Shown piece after piece: positions 35,531 through 48,271 of a stretch of 64,000 nucleotides of DNA. Below the pieces are notes generated by a model. It saw only the letters and a program-made list of their open reading frames with translations, was not told where the DNA came from and searched no databases. This DNA is from Octopus vulgaris (taxonomy: Eukaryota), in contig OX597816.1 in assembly GCA_951406725.2 (NCBI GenBank), positions 103,168,001 to 103,232,000 on the forward strand. The letters run 5' to 3'. Made by a program: the position numbers and the translations under genes. Numbering within the stretch: position 1 is the stretch's first letter; every line of letters starts with the position of its first letter.

Positions 35531-37940
35531 TGTCGCGAGTCGCGAATTGTGTTGATTAATTGGTTGAAGGTTAATGTAAGAGCGGTGAGTGTTGGATTGA
35601 GTTGTTATTGAAGATTTTATTTGAAAATTGTTATTGAAAATTGTTATTGTTGGACCTCTTGAATTATATTGTTATCGAAATTACTTTCTACCCATTTTGG
35701 GGGATGGAAGGGGAAAGCTACGCTGCGGCAGCAGCCAAAAGCCTGTCTGCCGACACGATGCAAATGCGAGAAGTTGAAATGAACTACAAGGAGTTGGAAA
35801 AATATAAGGCATTATTTAAGAAGGAGGGAGACTGCCTCCAGTTGACACCGCCAGCAGAAGCAATGCAGAAAGCAGAAAAACAAAAAATTATTTACAGGAC
35901 TCTGAACATGGAGTCGAAAAAAGTGGAAATAGCTAACACAGAAGAAATTGAAGAGGCGTTAGAAGCTATCAAGGATGTAGCCACTTTCTACACACGTGGA
36001 AGGAAGTTCGGTACAGTGGAGGTGCGCTTCGGTAGCGAAGAGGAAGCAAAAAAGCACTCCACTGTACCTTTAAGAACAGCAAAGTGGGTACTCTTGCCTA
36101 CATATTGCAGGAAACGTGCCGCAAAGGTAAGAATAGGGAGAGTGCCCCCGGAGATGGACGAGGCGTGGTTGGTGGCAGCCATCCTCTTCAATTGCAAGGA
36201 GGAGGTAGAGATAGTTAAGGTGGAGAGATCGAGAGAAATCAACTGGTGGGGGTATGGACTCGAAGTCCTACTCCATATTTGCCTACCAGATCTCCACAAA
36301 ATAGTAGAAGAGTTGGTGCTCCCCGACGAAACCAGACTGAGAGTCGTAGTGGAGGGGAGGTTCCCAATTTGCTACAACTGTAGAAATAGGGGGCACATGC
36401 AAGCAAGGTGCCCCCATAAGAAAGACCAAACACAGACTGAAGTGGGGGAGGTAGTCGTGGAAGAGTCGAAGGAGGAAACAACGATTGATAGAAAGCGTGC
36501 AAGGGTGGAGTCACCACCAAAAAACAAGAAAAAAGAAAAGACGAAGAACAGAGTAATGTAGTTGAAGAGGAAGGTTATGGAGAGAGTCGAACCACGGAAC
36601 CAGAGATGTCAGTAAGTTATGAGAATGAGGAAATAATTTTTCTGGAATATGTAGGAAGGAAACGAAGGACAAAGGAACAAGTGGAAGAACTTGACAGACG
36701 TGATTTGAAAGTAATGATGTCGTATACACAGAATGAAGATATTGCTAAAAAAAATGAAAAAGATTAAGAATAAAATATGGGTGATAATGGACGAAAAGTG
36801 GTATAGCAAGGACATAAGATGCCTTCAGAGAGCGTTGTTGGGCGCTGGACAGAGGGACCGGTTAACTCGCTGGGAGTCTGGTTTGGATCAGGCCTCCAGA
36901 TAGAGAAGAACTGGACGGAGGTTTCGAGCAGGGTGGCTGCAATAGTCAAGACCTGGTCTTGGCGGTGGCTATCCCTGAAAGGGAGGGCGGAGGTGGCCAA
37001 TGTGTTTATCGCATCAGTCATTACCTACCGCCTGACCGTCGTGCCCTGTCCGGATTCGTGGTTGACCAGATTGGGGAGACAGCTCTTTCGCTTTTGGTGA
37101 AAGGGCAGGTGGCCACTTGTGAAATGCTCTGTCTGTTGTCAAAATCCATTAAAAGGCGGTTTAGAGATGCCTTGGTTAATGATGCAGAGACATGCGTTGA
37201 GGTCGAGGCATCTCTGGATTTTCTTGGATGGTGAACGGGTGTGGTCTCCGCTGGCCAGACAAATGTTCACCGAGTTCAAACGTTTTTGCAAACAGGAAGC
37301 CTGGTGTTTTCGTAGACCGAGGTCGAGTGAATGGCATAAAGAGTGCCGTAAGGCCCTCCTGCTATTCCGGCGCTCGGGCAACGCCAGCGGTGGGGGCTCT
37401 TCACTAATTTTATATAGTGCGTTGGTAGAGTCTGAATGTCCAGTGTCCGGAGATAACTGAAATGTGGGTTTATGCTGAACAGCTGTTGTCCGGCGAAGGA
37501 AGAGTACGGCTGTCGACTGAGTCAATTAGAAAAATTGACCCACCAGAAGTTTTAACAAACGAAGGTAACAATTGTTTTCTCACGTTTGTAGCAATAGCGA
37601 AAGATGCTCTATAGAAGATTAGGATAAAAGGGATTAAGACAGGCAACTTCATCTTCGGCCACGATTTACGATCATTTTTTACTTTTCATTTGAAAAGGAA
37701 GGTATGGCTGGAGAAGAGGTGTCTGTCGGAGAGTATGTTCAAAAAGAGGTGGAAGCATGTTGCACGAGTGTTGTGCGTGCAAGGAAACGTGTGAATAGCC
37801 TATAAAAAAAACAAAAAAAAGGTACCAGCGATAGATCGGGGCTTGTGCGGTCGGAGCGTGGCTGATCATCGCTACATGTGTGTTATCTCTGTATTGTTAA
37901 TCTCATTCGATTTTTAATAATTTTTATATTCATATTTTAT
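35531..37940 (+). mobile_element. L1/Tx1-like LINE with internal deletion (ORF1 joined to post-RT part of ORF2)
   Basis: ORF1 with CCHC knuckle, then at ~36819 directly GRWTEGPVNSLGVWFG...WSWRWLSLKGRAEVAN...LGRQLFRFW...GGLEMP (L1-clade post-RT motifs); no endonuclease or YADD region between. Confidence 0.8.
35704..36561 (+). CDS. LINE ORF1 (gag-like, CX2CX4HX4C zinc knuckle), probably frameshifted at its 3' end
   Basis: ATG at 35704, SYAAAA start motif, CYNCRNRGHMQARC knuckle; coding-like sequence continues in other frames to ~36818. Confidence 0.75.
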   Translation: MEGESYAAAAAKSLSADTMQMREVEMNYKELEKYKALFKKEGDCLQLTPPAEAMQKAEKQKIIYRTLNMESKKVEIANTEEIEEALEAIKDVATFYTRGRKFGTVEVRFGSEEEAKKHSTVPLRTAKWVLLPTYCRKRAAKVRIGRVPPEMDEAWLVAAILFNCKEEVEIVKVERSREINWWGYGLEVLLHICLPDLHKIVEELVLPDETRLRVVVEGRFPICYNCRNRGHMQARCPHKKDQTQTEVGEVVVEESKEETTIDRKRARVESPPKNKKKEKTKNRVM

Positions 37941-37969
37941 GTAAAATCATAACGTATTACTGATACAGT

Positions 37970-38405
37970 TGTTTCGTCCATTTCTGTGTTTGTCCCCCTG
38001 TAGGCAATAAAGAAATTGGTATTTCGTTCTGAGTTCAAATTCCGCCGAGGTCGGTTTTGCCTTTCAGCCTTTCGGGGTCGATAAATTAAGTACCAGTTGC
38101 GTACAGGAATCGATCTAATCGATTGACCCACCTCCCCCAAATTTCAGGCCTTATGCCTAGAGTAGAAAATAATATTGAGTAAATTGCAGAAGGTGGCGAG
38201 CTGGCAGAGTCGTTAGCAGCCAGGCAAAATGATGAGAAGCATTTCGTCCGTCTTTACGCACTGAGTTCAAAATCCCACCAACGTCGACATTACCTTGCAT
38301 CCATTCGGGTTAAATAAAATAAGCACCAGTTGATTATTGATGTCAATGTAAACAACTAACCCCTTCTCCGAAATTGCTGGTCTTGTGCCAAAATTTGAAA
38401 CCAAT
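37970..38405 (+). mobile_element. Two family A SINEs
   Basis: gagttcaaattccgccgaggtcgg...; second head aaggtggcgagctggcagag at ~38190. Confidence 0.8.
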
Positions 38406-39543
38406 ATTGAATAAATTGTTGCCTCCTATGATGTAATAATAGAGAGGTCGTGAGTGAAAATCAAATGTAACTCATCCTACTTTCATATCGACTTCTCACT
38501 ATTCTGGTATTTATTTTGTACATGATGCATACATCTCTTTTGACTACCGCATTTGCTGTACAGAATAATTTATTAAATAACTCAATAGAAGCGTGTGATA
38601 TAAGTACATATTGAATAGTAACAGCTTCTAATCCACTGTTCGCAGATTGCAGTATTATCCAATGTGTGGTTGCTATTTTAACATGGTGGGATGTACTTTA
38701 AGGGAGATTTGAAAAGCAATGGTGGTGAACTTTGGAGCATTGGGAGAATATTGCAAATACAAAAAAAAAAAAAGAAAAGAAAAATAAACTTGTGATGCTT
38801 AGAAAAATAAGAAATCTTTAATTTCATAAATTCATATAGTGCGTAAATCCATATTAATGTTTGTTTGAATTTCTGAAAGGGGGAATTGTTATCATTATAC
38901 ACTGATATAGTAGAATTAGTGTCCTCACTTTGGTTTCAGGCGTTGTACACTGTAGTGTTCTTCAGGCGTTTGACATATTCGGCAACATTCTCAAATTTTC
39001 AATCCAAACCTTTTATGGAACCCACAGAAGTTAATTGCTCTCATTCAGTTTTCTTTCATACTAGTGGCATTCTCCAGTTAGTCCTTATAATTGTGACAAC
39101 ATTTGTTCGTTCTACTCGAACAAGAGTATGTATAGTTTGACTGATATTGGGATGGAACTTATATTCACTTGCTAAACTACTTCGTATGGCATTTATTTAA
39201 AGCTTACAATCACTATTCACGACCCCATTGCCCCTTATAACAGTTAAGTAGTGGAAATTAGGAGTTTTAATTTTTTTTATTTTATTCATGTATTTATTTT
39301 ACGGTCGTAGTTTTTAATCACTTTTCTTAATTAAAGACTCTCATGTAATGTTAATCTTTTACAGTCACCTTATCTTCCAGCCTGGTTCCCTATCATTTAA
39401 TTAAAATGTTACCGTGCATTAATTAATCAGAGAGATTAATTATTTAAATACCAAAATACCAAAGATGTCACAAAATATGTTTTACATGTAGGGAAACTTA
39501 TTTAACATCTTAATGAGAAATTATTTTTATTATTATTATTATT

Positions 39544-40075
39544 GAGTTAGAGAGCAGCACAAGCCATCAAAGTGACACTAGGTTACAAATATACATTGCC
39601 CAATATACCCGACATAATTACACGTCTGTTAAGGGTACACCAGGCACATGTACCATAACCATATGTGCACGATATGCTGACTACATTTCAAGATAAACAG
39701 CGCATGAGCTTGCAATTGGGGTCCCAGTTAGAATATTCTTCAGGTCGTGTGGCCCATTCTGCTAAAAACGCCCCTAAACAAGAATTGTTTAAAGATGATG
39801 AACAAAGCACCTATGTTTCCAGGGGTGAATTATTCAAACCTCAAAGAATTCCTCTCAACACGTGCTCTTCCACTACTTCTGCTCGTGATCAGAGATGCAC
39901 ATATTGTCAGCCATACTCGCAAATTTACTAGTCAACAGACTAGCAAATTTGCAGTATTGAGCAGAATATTTACTGTAGCCCATCTTTTATTATACTAAGA
40001 CAAAACATGTACATGATAACACTTTCAATCAGTTAAGATAAGAAGCCATGATAACCACTGACTGGTATTGCATGG
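39544..40075. repeat. Unclassified ~550-bp interspersed element flanked by (ATT)n, copy 1 (diverged)
   Basis: gagttagagagcagcacaagccatcaaagtgacac...cagttaagat.agaagccatga...ctggtattgcat; colinear with 40225-40795. Confidence 0.8.
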
Positions 40076-40084
40076 ATTTTTATG

Positions 40085-40129
<45 letters not shown>

Positions 40130-40152
40130 ATCATCATTATAATCATCATTAA

Positions 40153-40206
<54 letters not shown>

Positions 40207-40224
40207 TATTATTATTATTATTAT

Positions 40225-40795
40225 TGAGTTGAGCGAGCAGAGCAAGCCATCAAAGTGACACTGGGGTAAAATATACGAAGTCCAGTATACCCATCATGAC
40301 TACCCGTCTGATAAGGGTACACCAGGCACATGCATCACCAACCATATGTGCGCGACATGGTGATCTCATTTACCAAGATAAACAGCACATGACCTTGCAG
40401 GTGGGGTCCCATTTAGAATTTTCTTCAGGTCGAGTAGCCCATCCCGCTAAAAAGGTCCCTGAATAAGGGTTGTTTAAGGACGTGATGAACGAAAGCACCT
40501 ATGTTTCCAGGGGTGAATTATTCAAACCTCAAAGAATTCCTTCTCAACACATGGCTATGATGCTCCCCACTACTTCTGCTCGTGATCAGAGATGCACATA
40601 TCGTCAGCCACTAAGGGACATTTCAACTGGTTAAGGTCAAACAACTGACAAGCAAATCTGTGGTATTGAGCAGAATATTTACTGTAGCCCATCTTTTTTA
40701 TACCAAGACAAAACAATGTACATGATAACACTTCCAATCAGTTAAGATCAGAAGCCATGAGCGCCACTGACTGGTATTGCATCAGGATATTTATG
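40225..40795. repeat. Unclassified ~570-bp element flanked by (ATT)n, copy 2
   Basis: Colinear with copy 1; both ends in ATT microsatellite. Confidence 0.8.
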
Positions 40796-40797
40796 CA

Positions 40798-40799
<2 letters not shown>

Positions 40800-40849
<50 letters not shown>

Positions 40850-40872
40850 ATCATCATTATAATCATCATTAA

Positions 40873-40905
<33 letters not shown>

Positions 40906-40953
40906 TATTATTATTATTATTATTATTATAATCATCATTATAATCATCATTAA

Positions 40954-40989
<36 letters not shown>

Positions 40990-41092
40990 TATTATTATTA
41001 TTATTATTATAATTATTATTATGATTCTTCTTCTTCTTCTTCTTCTTCTTCTTCTTCTTCTTCTTCTTCTTCTTCTTCTTCTTCTTCTTCTT

Positions 41093-41164
<72 letters not shown>

Positions 41165-41165
41165 A
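40800..41165. repeat. Compound trinucleotide microsatellite (ATT)n/(ATC)n/(CTT)n
   Basis: Directly visible. Confidence 0.95.
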
Positions 41166-41166
41166 A

Positions 41167-41376
41167 AGCGGCGAGGTGGCAGAATCGTTAGCACCCTGGA
41201 CGAAGTGCTCAGCGGTATTTCGCTCGTCGCTACATTCTGAGTTCAAATTCCGCCGAGTTCGACTTTACCTTTCATCCTTTCAGGGTTGATAAATAAAGTA
41301 CCAGTTGAACACAGGGGTCGATGTAATCGACACACCCCTCCCCCAAAATGGCTGCCTTTATGGCAAAATTTGAAAC

Positions 41377-41454
<78 letters not shown>

Positions 41455-41855
41455 GACGGCGAGCTGGCAGAATCGATAGCGCGCCGGACGAAATGCTTAG
41501 CGGTATTTCGTCTGCCGCTACGTTCTGAGTTCAAATTCCGCCGAGGTCGACTTTGCCTTTCATCTTTTCGGGGTCGATTAAATAAGTACCAGTTACGCAC
41601 TGGAATTGATATAATCGACTTAATCCGTTTGTCTGTCCTTGTTTGTCCTCTCTGTGTTTAGCCCCCTTTGTGGGTAGTAAAGAAATAGGTATTTCGCCCC
41701 TCGCTACGTTCTGAGTTCAAATTCCGCTGAAATTGACTTTACCTTTCATCCTTTCGAGATTGATAAAATAAGTACCAGTTGAAAACTGGGGTCGATGTAA
41801 TCGACTCATCCCCTCCAACAAAATTGCTGCCTTTGTGGAAAAATTTGAAACCAAT
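41167..41855 (+). mobile_element. Three family A SINEs with intervening (ATT)n; CpG-rich young copies
   Basis: Heads at ~41167 and ~41453; third partial copy from ~41690. Confidence 0.85.
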
Positions 41856-42571
41856 GGCCCCCCTAAAGAGGGAAATTAGAGTAGAATCAATAGCGTTTAG
41901 CAATGGAAATGAATAGACTAGAGGGTGAACTAGTTAGCAAATTAGAAGAGGCATTTAAAAAGGGCATCGCGACCGATATGTTAGCGCCGAGAATGACCCT
42001 TGATCATTTCTTCAAAGCGAAACACGAAGGTTGCGTTATTAGAGCTAAGACCCGTGCGCTCAAGCAGGAAAGAATTAAAGCTGTCCGATGGGCCCGAACG
42101 CCGGAGACGTGACGTGGAAACAAAACTACGATCAGGTCTTTTACGGATCGGGATGGGCGCGTGCTGTACGACTCCGAGCAGATGTGTGCGGCTTTTCAGC
42201 AGCACTTCGCGCAACTGTTTGGAGAGGGCGACGGGTCGACCTGGATGGGTTGTCGCGGATCTCGGCAGCTGACACGAGGTTATGTGAAAGGCCGATAACT
42301 GCCGTTGAAATTTGGGAGGCGATGAGCGATTGCACAAGTCGCAGATCGCCCGGTTTGCATAGTCTGCCCTACGAATCCCGTGTATTCATGCCAGATTTGT
42401 TTGGCGACCTCTTGGCAGACATCTACTGCAACAGAGCGGGAGAATTCTTAGAGCTGTTAGCAGAGGTGTGATGACACTGCTGAGGAAGGACGCCAACAAT
42501 GGGGACGTACTAGAGAATTTTCGGTCCATAACTCAACTAATCACAGAGTTTAAGATTTTGACCAAAGTTTT
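41856..42571 (+). mobile_element. L1/Tx1-like ORF2 fragment (linker and start of RT), frameshifted
   Basis: FKAKHEGCVIRAK...; SPGLHSLPYE; NFRSITQLITEFKILTKV; same region as 57715-58875. Confidence 0.8.
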
Positions 42572-43850
42572 CCTCTTTTCAGGATTACTTTGGCGCATTT
42601 TTCTAATCCAAATTTCATATCTATTTCTTTGGTAAATCCATGAGCTGTCTTTAATAGTGTTTCCAGCTGTTTGTCATTTGCAGCGTATAGTTTTAGGTCA
42701 TCCATATATAAAAGGTGGTTGATCGTTTTGCCGTAACATTTATATCCGCATCCAGTTCTATTTAGCATATCAGATAGAGGTGACAGTGCCAAGCAGAAAA
42801 GGAGTGGAGAGAGCGTGTCTCTCTGGAATATTCCTCTTCTAATGGGGATGGCTTTGGTTTTCATGAGTCCCTCTTTTGTTTGGAGCTGTAGCACTGTTTG
42901 CCATTTATTCATAGAGTGCCCTATGAATTTTATAATTGTTGGTGCTTCTTTGTTAATGGCTAGTGTTTCGAGGATCCATGTGTGGGGGATGCTATCAAAC
43001 GCCTTCTTGTAGTCGATCCAGGCCATACTGAGGCCTTTCTTCTTTCTGTGGCTGTCTTCAGTTATGGCTTTATTAATCATTAGTTGATCTTTACAGCCAT
43101 ATGAGCCTTTGCGGCATCCTTTCTGCTCTTCTGGAAACAGGTTGTTTTCGTCCAGGTGCTTGTTCAACCTTTGCGATATCACTGCAGTAAATGCAGTACA
43201 TTGTAGGGAGACAGGTTATTGGTCTGTAGTTTTCTGGTTTTGCTGTCTCATTTGATTTGGGAATTAAGATGACTTTCCCCTTCGTGAGCCATTCAGGCAT
43301 TGTCTCTGGCTCTGCTAGTATGTTGTTAAAGTTTTCAGCCAGCTTTTTGTGCATTCCTGTTAGATATTTCAACCAGAAGTTGGGGATCTTGTCATGCCCA
43401 GGTGCCTTCCAGTTGCTTAGTCTTTGCAGTGCCTGGGTGACCTCTTCAGTTGTTATGGGGGTCCAAAGTTGCTCAGATGCTGAGTTTGTTGTTTTAATAC
43501 TCCTTTTTTTAGGTTGTTCGTTCGCCGACCATATTTCTCTCCAGAATTCTTCCACTTCTGCCGTTGGTGTTGCAGTGATTTCTATTTTATTTTTGCCAAG
43601 TTCTTGGTAGAACTTTTTGGGGTTGGAGTTGAACTTTTTGTTTTCTTCAAAGAAGCGCTGGCGTTTCTCGTACCGGCGGATCCTTTGTGCTTTGGCAAGG
43701 ATATCTTGCTTTAGCTTGTCTTTTATCTCAGGTAAATCTTTTTCTGTGATGTTGTATTTTCGGAGTATTTTTGTTTTCTTTTTGTTGCTCAGTAGCGTTG
43801 ATTGTCTACTGATTTCATTAAGAATCGACAGATCTTTTCTCATTTTTTGT
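42566..43850 (-). mobile_element. Dong/R4-clade element RT region, frameshifted, truncated at both ends
   Basis: NWKAPGHDKIPNFWLK, NYRPITCL, EEQKGCRKGSYGCKDQL, WIDYKKAFDSIPH, HLLYMDDLKLYA; 5' end abuts (TTA)n. Confidence 0.9.
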
Positions 43851-43887
43851 ATTTTGTTTTATTATTATTATTATTATTGTTATTTTG

Positions 43888-43997
<110 letters not shown>

Positions 43998-44160
43998 CTA
44001 TTGTTGCTTTGTTTTATACGAGCTGTTCCAAGTCTCACCCAGAGGCCTCAAGTAATAGCAACTTGGATGTTTTACTGTTGCTGTTATTTATGATTGGCAC
44101 TGATATATTCGAGGGAAAGGCGACCAGATTCTGAGAACTAAAATTCTGTTATATCTGTAA

Positions 44161-44267
<107 letters not shown>

Positions 44268-44917
44268 CATCATCATCATCATTACCTCCTTCAAAAATAA
44301 TTTTCGAAAACTGAAAATGTCGGTCTGAAGTGTTGAATGTTCAGGATGTAATTTACTTGGCATGAAATGTCCGACTTTAAAAGGTCAGCGACAGAAGAAC
44401 GGGCAAGTTAACTCTGAACAGTTCTATATTCATGCTATTAATTACAATTTTATATATTGTAACATATATATTAGAGCTTTCAGACTATTATCAATCATAT
44501 CCCGCCACCGTTTCCATTAAATATTTAGGTTGTTGTTCTTGTTGTTATTGTCGTTGTTATTTTAATCCCATTATATCCCTGATCCAGTAGTGCTATGATC
44601 AAATGTATTACAGCTGCAACATCGGTTTTTGTAGGGGTATCTTGGAGCATTATCTAATGTGTCCCTTCTGTTTTAAGGCTGTAAGATTTGGTCAGAGGGA
44701 GATCTGGCAGATCAAATGTACATCTGTCTTTCTGTCTTTCCATCCATCCATCCATCTATCCATACACACATCCATAAGCGCGCGCACGCACACGCACACA
44801 CATTAATGTTTGTTTTTATGTTCATTTATAGTAAAAACACTTTTACCTTAATCTTACGAACTACACTATTCTTTTGTAGAGTACAAAGCATTTATTCTGA
44901 AACAAGAATGTTGTTGA

Positions 44918-44960
44918 TTGAGACTTCGAAGTTTCGGCCTGCTAAGCCGTCGTCGTCCGA
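44918..44960 (-). ncRNA. Degenerate minimal (Penelope-type) hammerhead-like motif
   Basis: Reverse strand GGA-C(-)GACGA-CGGCTTAGCAGGCC-GAAAC-TTCGAA-GTC-TCA: palindromic stem III ACTTCGAAGT, GUC site, core lacks U4; AATAAA downstream. Confidence 0.4.
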
Positions 44961-45324
44961 AACTTGGGCAGACTTCTTATCCAAGTATTTTTAGCCGTGA
45001 CCTTCTAGCCCTGATCCTTTTTAAAGGAAACCAAAGAATATATTATTTAACGGGTCTTATTCTAAAGACGGGTAGGTGTGATTTGAAATACATCTGTCTG
45101 TCTGTCTCTCTCTCTCTCATACACTCACACATTTATGTATGTATAATTTAATGTAAATAGTTACGAGCTACTAATAATTTCATGCATTGCTGTTAGTTAT
45201 TTATATATGTATTATATAGCTATATGTATATATATGTATGCATGCATGTATGAATGTATGTATATGCATGTATGTATCAATTTATGTGGCAGGCATGCAT
45301 GTATATATATAAATATGCAAGTTT

Positions 45325-45600
<276 letters not shown>

Positions 45601-46119
45601 CCGTCAATCTATCTATCTGATTGCTATTTCAGCAAGTCTAGCGACCACCACGTAAAGACTACCTTGATGGCTCGAATAGGATTAGTGGATGAATTATGTA
45701 GCACATAGCTTGCTAGTTCGTAGGTATAGAAACCGATCTAGTAGCAATAGAAGATAACGAAAAGATGCAGACATTGATAGACTATAACGACAGTAGCCTG
45801 TTGGTGAGTGAATGTCTGTTACTCAATCAGATAGGATATTTGTGAATAGCAGAAGCAGAAGTAGAAGTATAGTCCCAGATACATGAGCAGTACTATAAAA
45901 TTTGGTACACATGTACCGTGTCAAGCTCTGGCTTTCAAACTCTTTTAGTTTCGATGTGCACTGGGAATTAAAAAGAAAAATTGCTGCCACACTTCGCATG
46001 TAACTATTTATTAAACTTTAAAATTTCGAAGGAATATATAGAAATACCTTCTTTTATTTATCGTAGTTGCATATAACAAAATTAAGAACATGTTCTGAAG
46101 ACGCCCAAGCATTGTCGTT

Positions 46120-46656
46120 ACGTTCTAAGTTCAAATTCCGCCGAAGTCGACTTTGCCTTTCATCCTTTCGGGGTCGATAAATAAAGTACCAGTTTCGCAC
46201 TGGGGTCGATGTAATCGAATTAATCCCTTTGTCTGTCCTTGTTTGTCCCTCTATGTTTAGCCCCTTGTGGGCAATAAAGAAATTTTTTATTATTATTTTT
46301 ATTTGTTCGGCCAATCTGGAGCAACAGTTTGTTGAGTTTTAGTCCAAAGAATCGACCCCAGTACTTCCTTTAATTTTAAAACCCTGGTGCTTATTCTATC
46401 GGTTTTCTAATGTTGAATCGCCAAATCACGGGGTCTTAAACCAACACCGGTTGCCAAGCGGTGGGGGGTGGGGGACAAGCACAAACAGAATTACATACAT
46501 GCGTGGCTGTGTGGTAAGAAGCTTTCTTCCCAACCACATGGTTTCGGATTCACTCCCACTGCGTGGCACCTTGGGCAAGTGTCTTCTGCTATAGCCCTGG
46601 GTCGACCAAAGGCTTGTGAGTGGATTTGGTGGACGGAAACTGAAAGAAGCTTGTCG

Positions 46657-46695
<39 letters not shown>

Positions 46696-46708
46696 CTGTA
46701 CTTGTCGA

Positions 46709-46748
<40 letters not shown>

Positions 46749-47135
46749 CTGTGCTTGTCGAATATATATATATATGTGTCTGTGTGTGTGTATAAGTGTG
46801 TTTGCATCCTGTAACTTAGCACTTCGACAAAATAGATTGATAGAATAAGTACTAGGCTTAAAAAAGAATTACTAGAGTTGATTCATTCATTCGACTAAAG
46901 ACGCACACACACAAACACACAAATTAAGGTTTGTTCCAGCTTGGTTGCAGTCTAATGACTGAAACAAGTAAAAGACAAATATACCGGATTTCTTCCAGTT
47001 TCTGTCTATCAGATCCACTTTCAAGGTTTTCGTCGGCCCGAGAAGACAGCTGCCCGAGGTGTCACGCACTGGAACTAAACCTAGAACCATTTGGTTGGGA
47101 AGCAAATTTCTTACCACGCAACTATGCCTGCGCCA
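46120..47135. mobile_element. SINE cluster: family A (+46120-46280); family B (-46320-46490, +46498-46900, -46985-47135)
   Basis: Consensus matches on both strands. Confidence 0.8.
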
Positions 47136-47880
47136 AGAGATTGAGTTAAAAATAAAACCAAAGAAGAAAATCCATATCCCATCTCGATACATGTAGTACT
47201 ACACACTTTGGAGACCAATGGTGTGGAGGTTTAAGGACTCACGAAAGCCAAAATGTTTTCTGGCTATGGAGAGAAGACAAAACCTTTTAAACCCAGTTTT
47301 AGATGATGATTTGTAAGTCTCCTAAGCCTTACAGTTCGACTAGAGGAAAATGAATTCTCTTCTACCGATGTTGTCGTCGTATTTTAGTCCCAGGTCAACT
47401 CCTGATCGAGCAAACTTATGACAAAAGAATTTAGTCGTGACTATCGTGCCTTTTTCTATGTCGGGAACCCTTGACTGATGTTCTCAAAGATTTGGGATGT
47501 GATTTGTGGGAAATTTGGAGATTTGGTTGTTATTTCTTGCAGGGCGAGTGACCCCCTTCGAGTTTTCCTCGTTATCTCATTCATTCCTATGTTGTGTAAC
47601 ACGCTGCTTCAGTAAGATTAGGAGTTCAACCATTTACGGTTTCTAGTCCATGGTAGGAATTTTAACAACCTAATGCAACACTCGAAAACATAACAGTATT
47701 GCAACTGTTTATCACGTTGATTTGAACTACCTAATGGTACCTGTGTAAAAATAGATCATTTAAGATTTAAGCATTTAAAAAGAAACATATCTAATTCGTA
47801 GGCATGGAACAGTGTTTTTGGATAACAGAAATATACATTTATCCATGACGTGTAAGTAAACCTACAGGAATCTTTCTGTA

Positions 47881-47962
47881 AGATGGACAGCAGAATAACT
47901 TAACCTGTTTCGCCGGTCATTGCCAGCTCATCAGGAGTTGTGCTTACTTCCTCCCATCTAGA
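47881..47962 (-). ncRNA. Type-I hammerhead ribozyme motif, copy 1 (intact core, mutated cleavage strand)
   Basis: Reverse strand AGAUGG...ACAACUC-CUGAUGA-GCUGG(CAAUGA)CCGGC-GAAAC-AG-GUU-AAGUUA...CCAUCU: exact CUGAUGA/GAAAC core, 5-bp stem II, distal stem I AGAUGG/CCAUCU. Confidence 0.75.
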
Positions 47963-48033
47963 AAAGTAGAGAGAGAGAGAGAGAGAGGGAGGAGAGAGTG
48001 AGAGAGAGAGAGAGAGTGAGAGAGTGAGAGAGA

Positions 48034-48072
<39 letters not shown>

Positions 48073-48271
48073 AGAGAGTGAGAGAGAGAGAGAAACATTA
48101 ATTAGCAACGGTAATTAATGAACTAAAGTACCGAGATAGCGTGTATGATAAACATACTTTAGCCTCGTCTGTGTAAATAAAGACTAGACATAGTTAAACC
48201 ACAGGGATCTCTCTTTGTTACTCACTCTAGTTTCTGTCATTCTCTCCCTCCCCCCTCTCTCTCTCTCTCTG

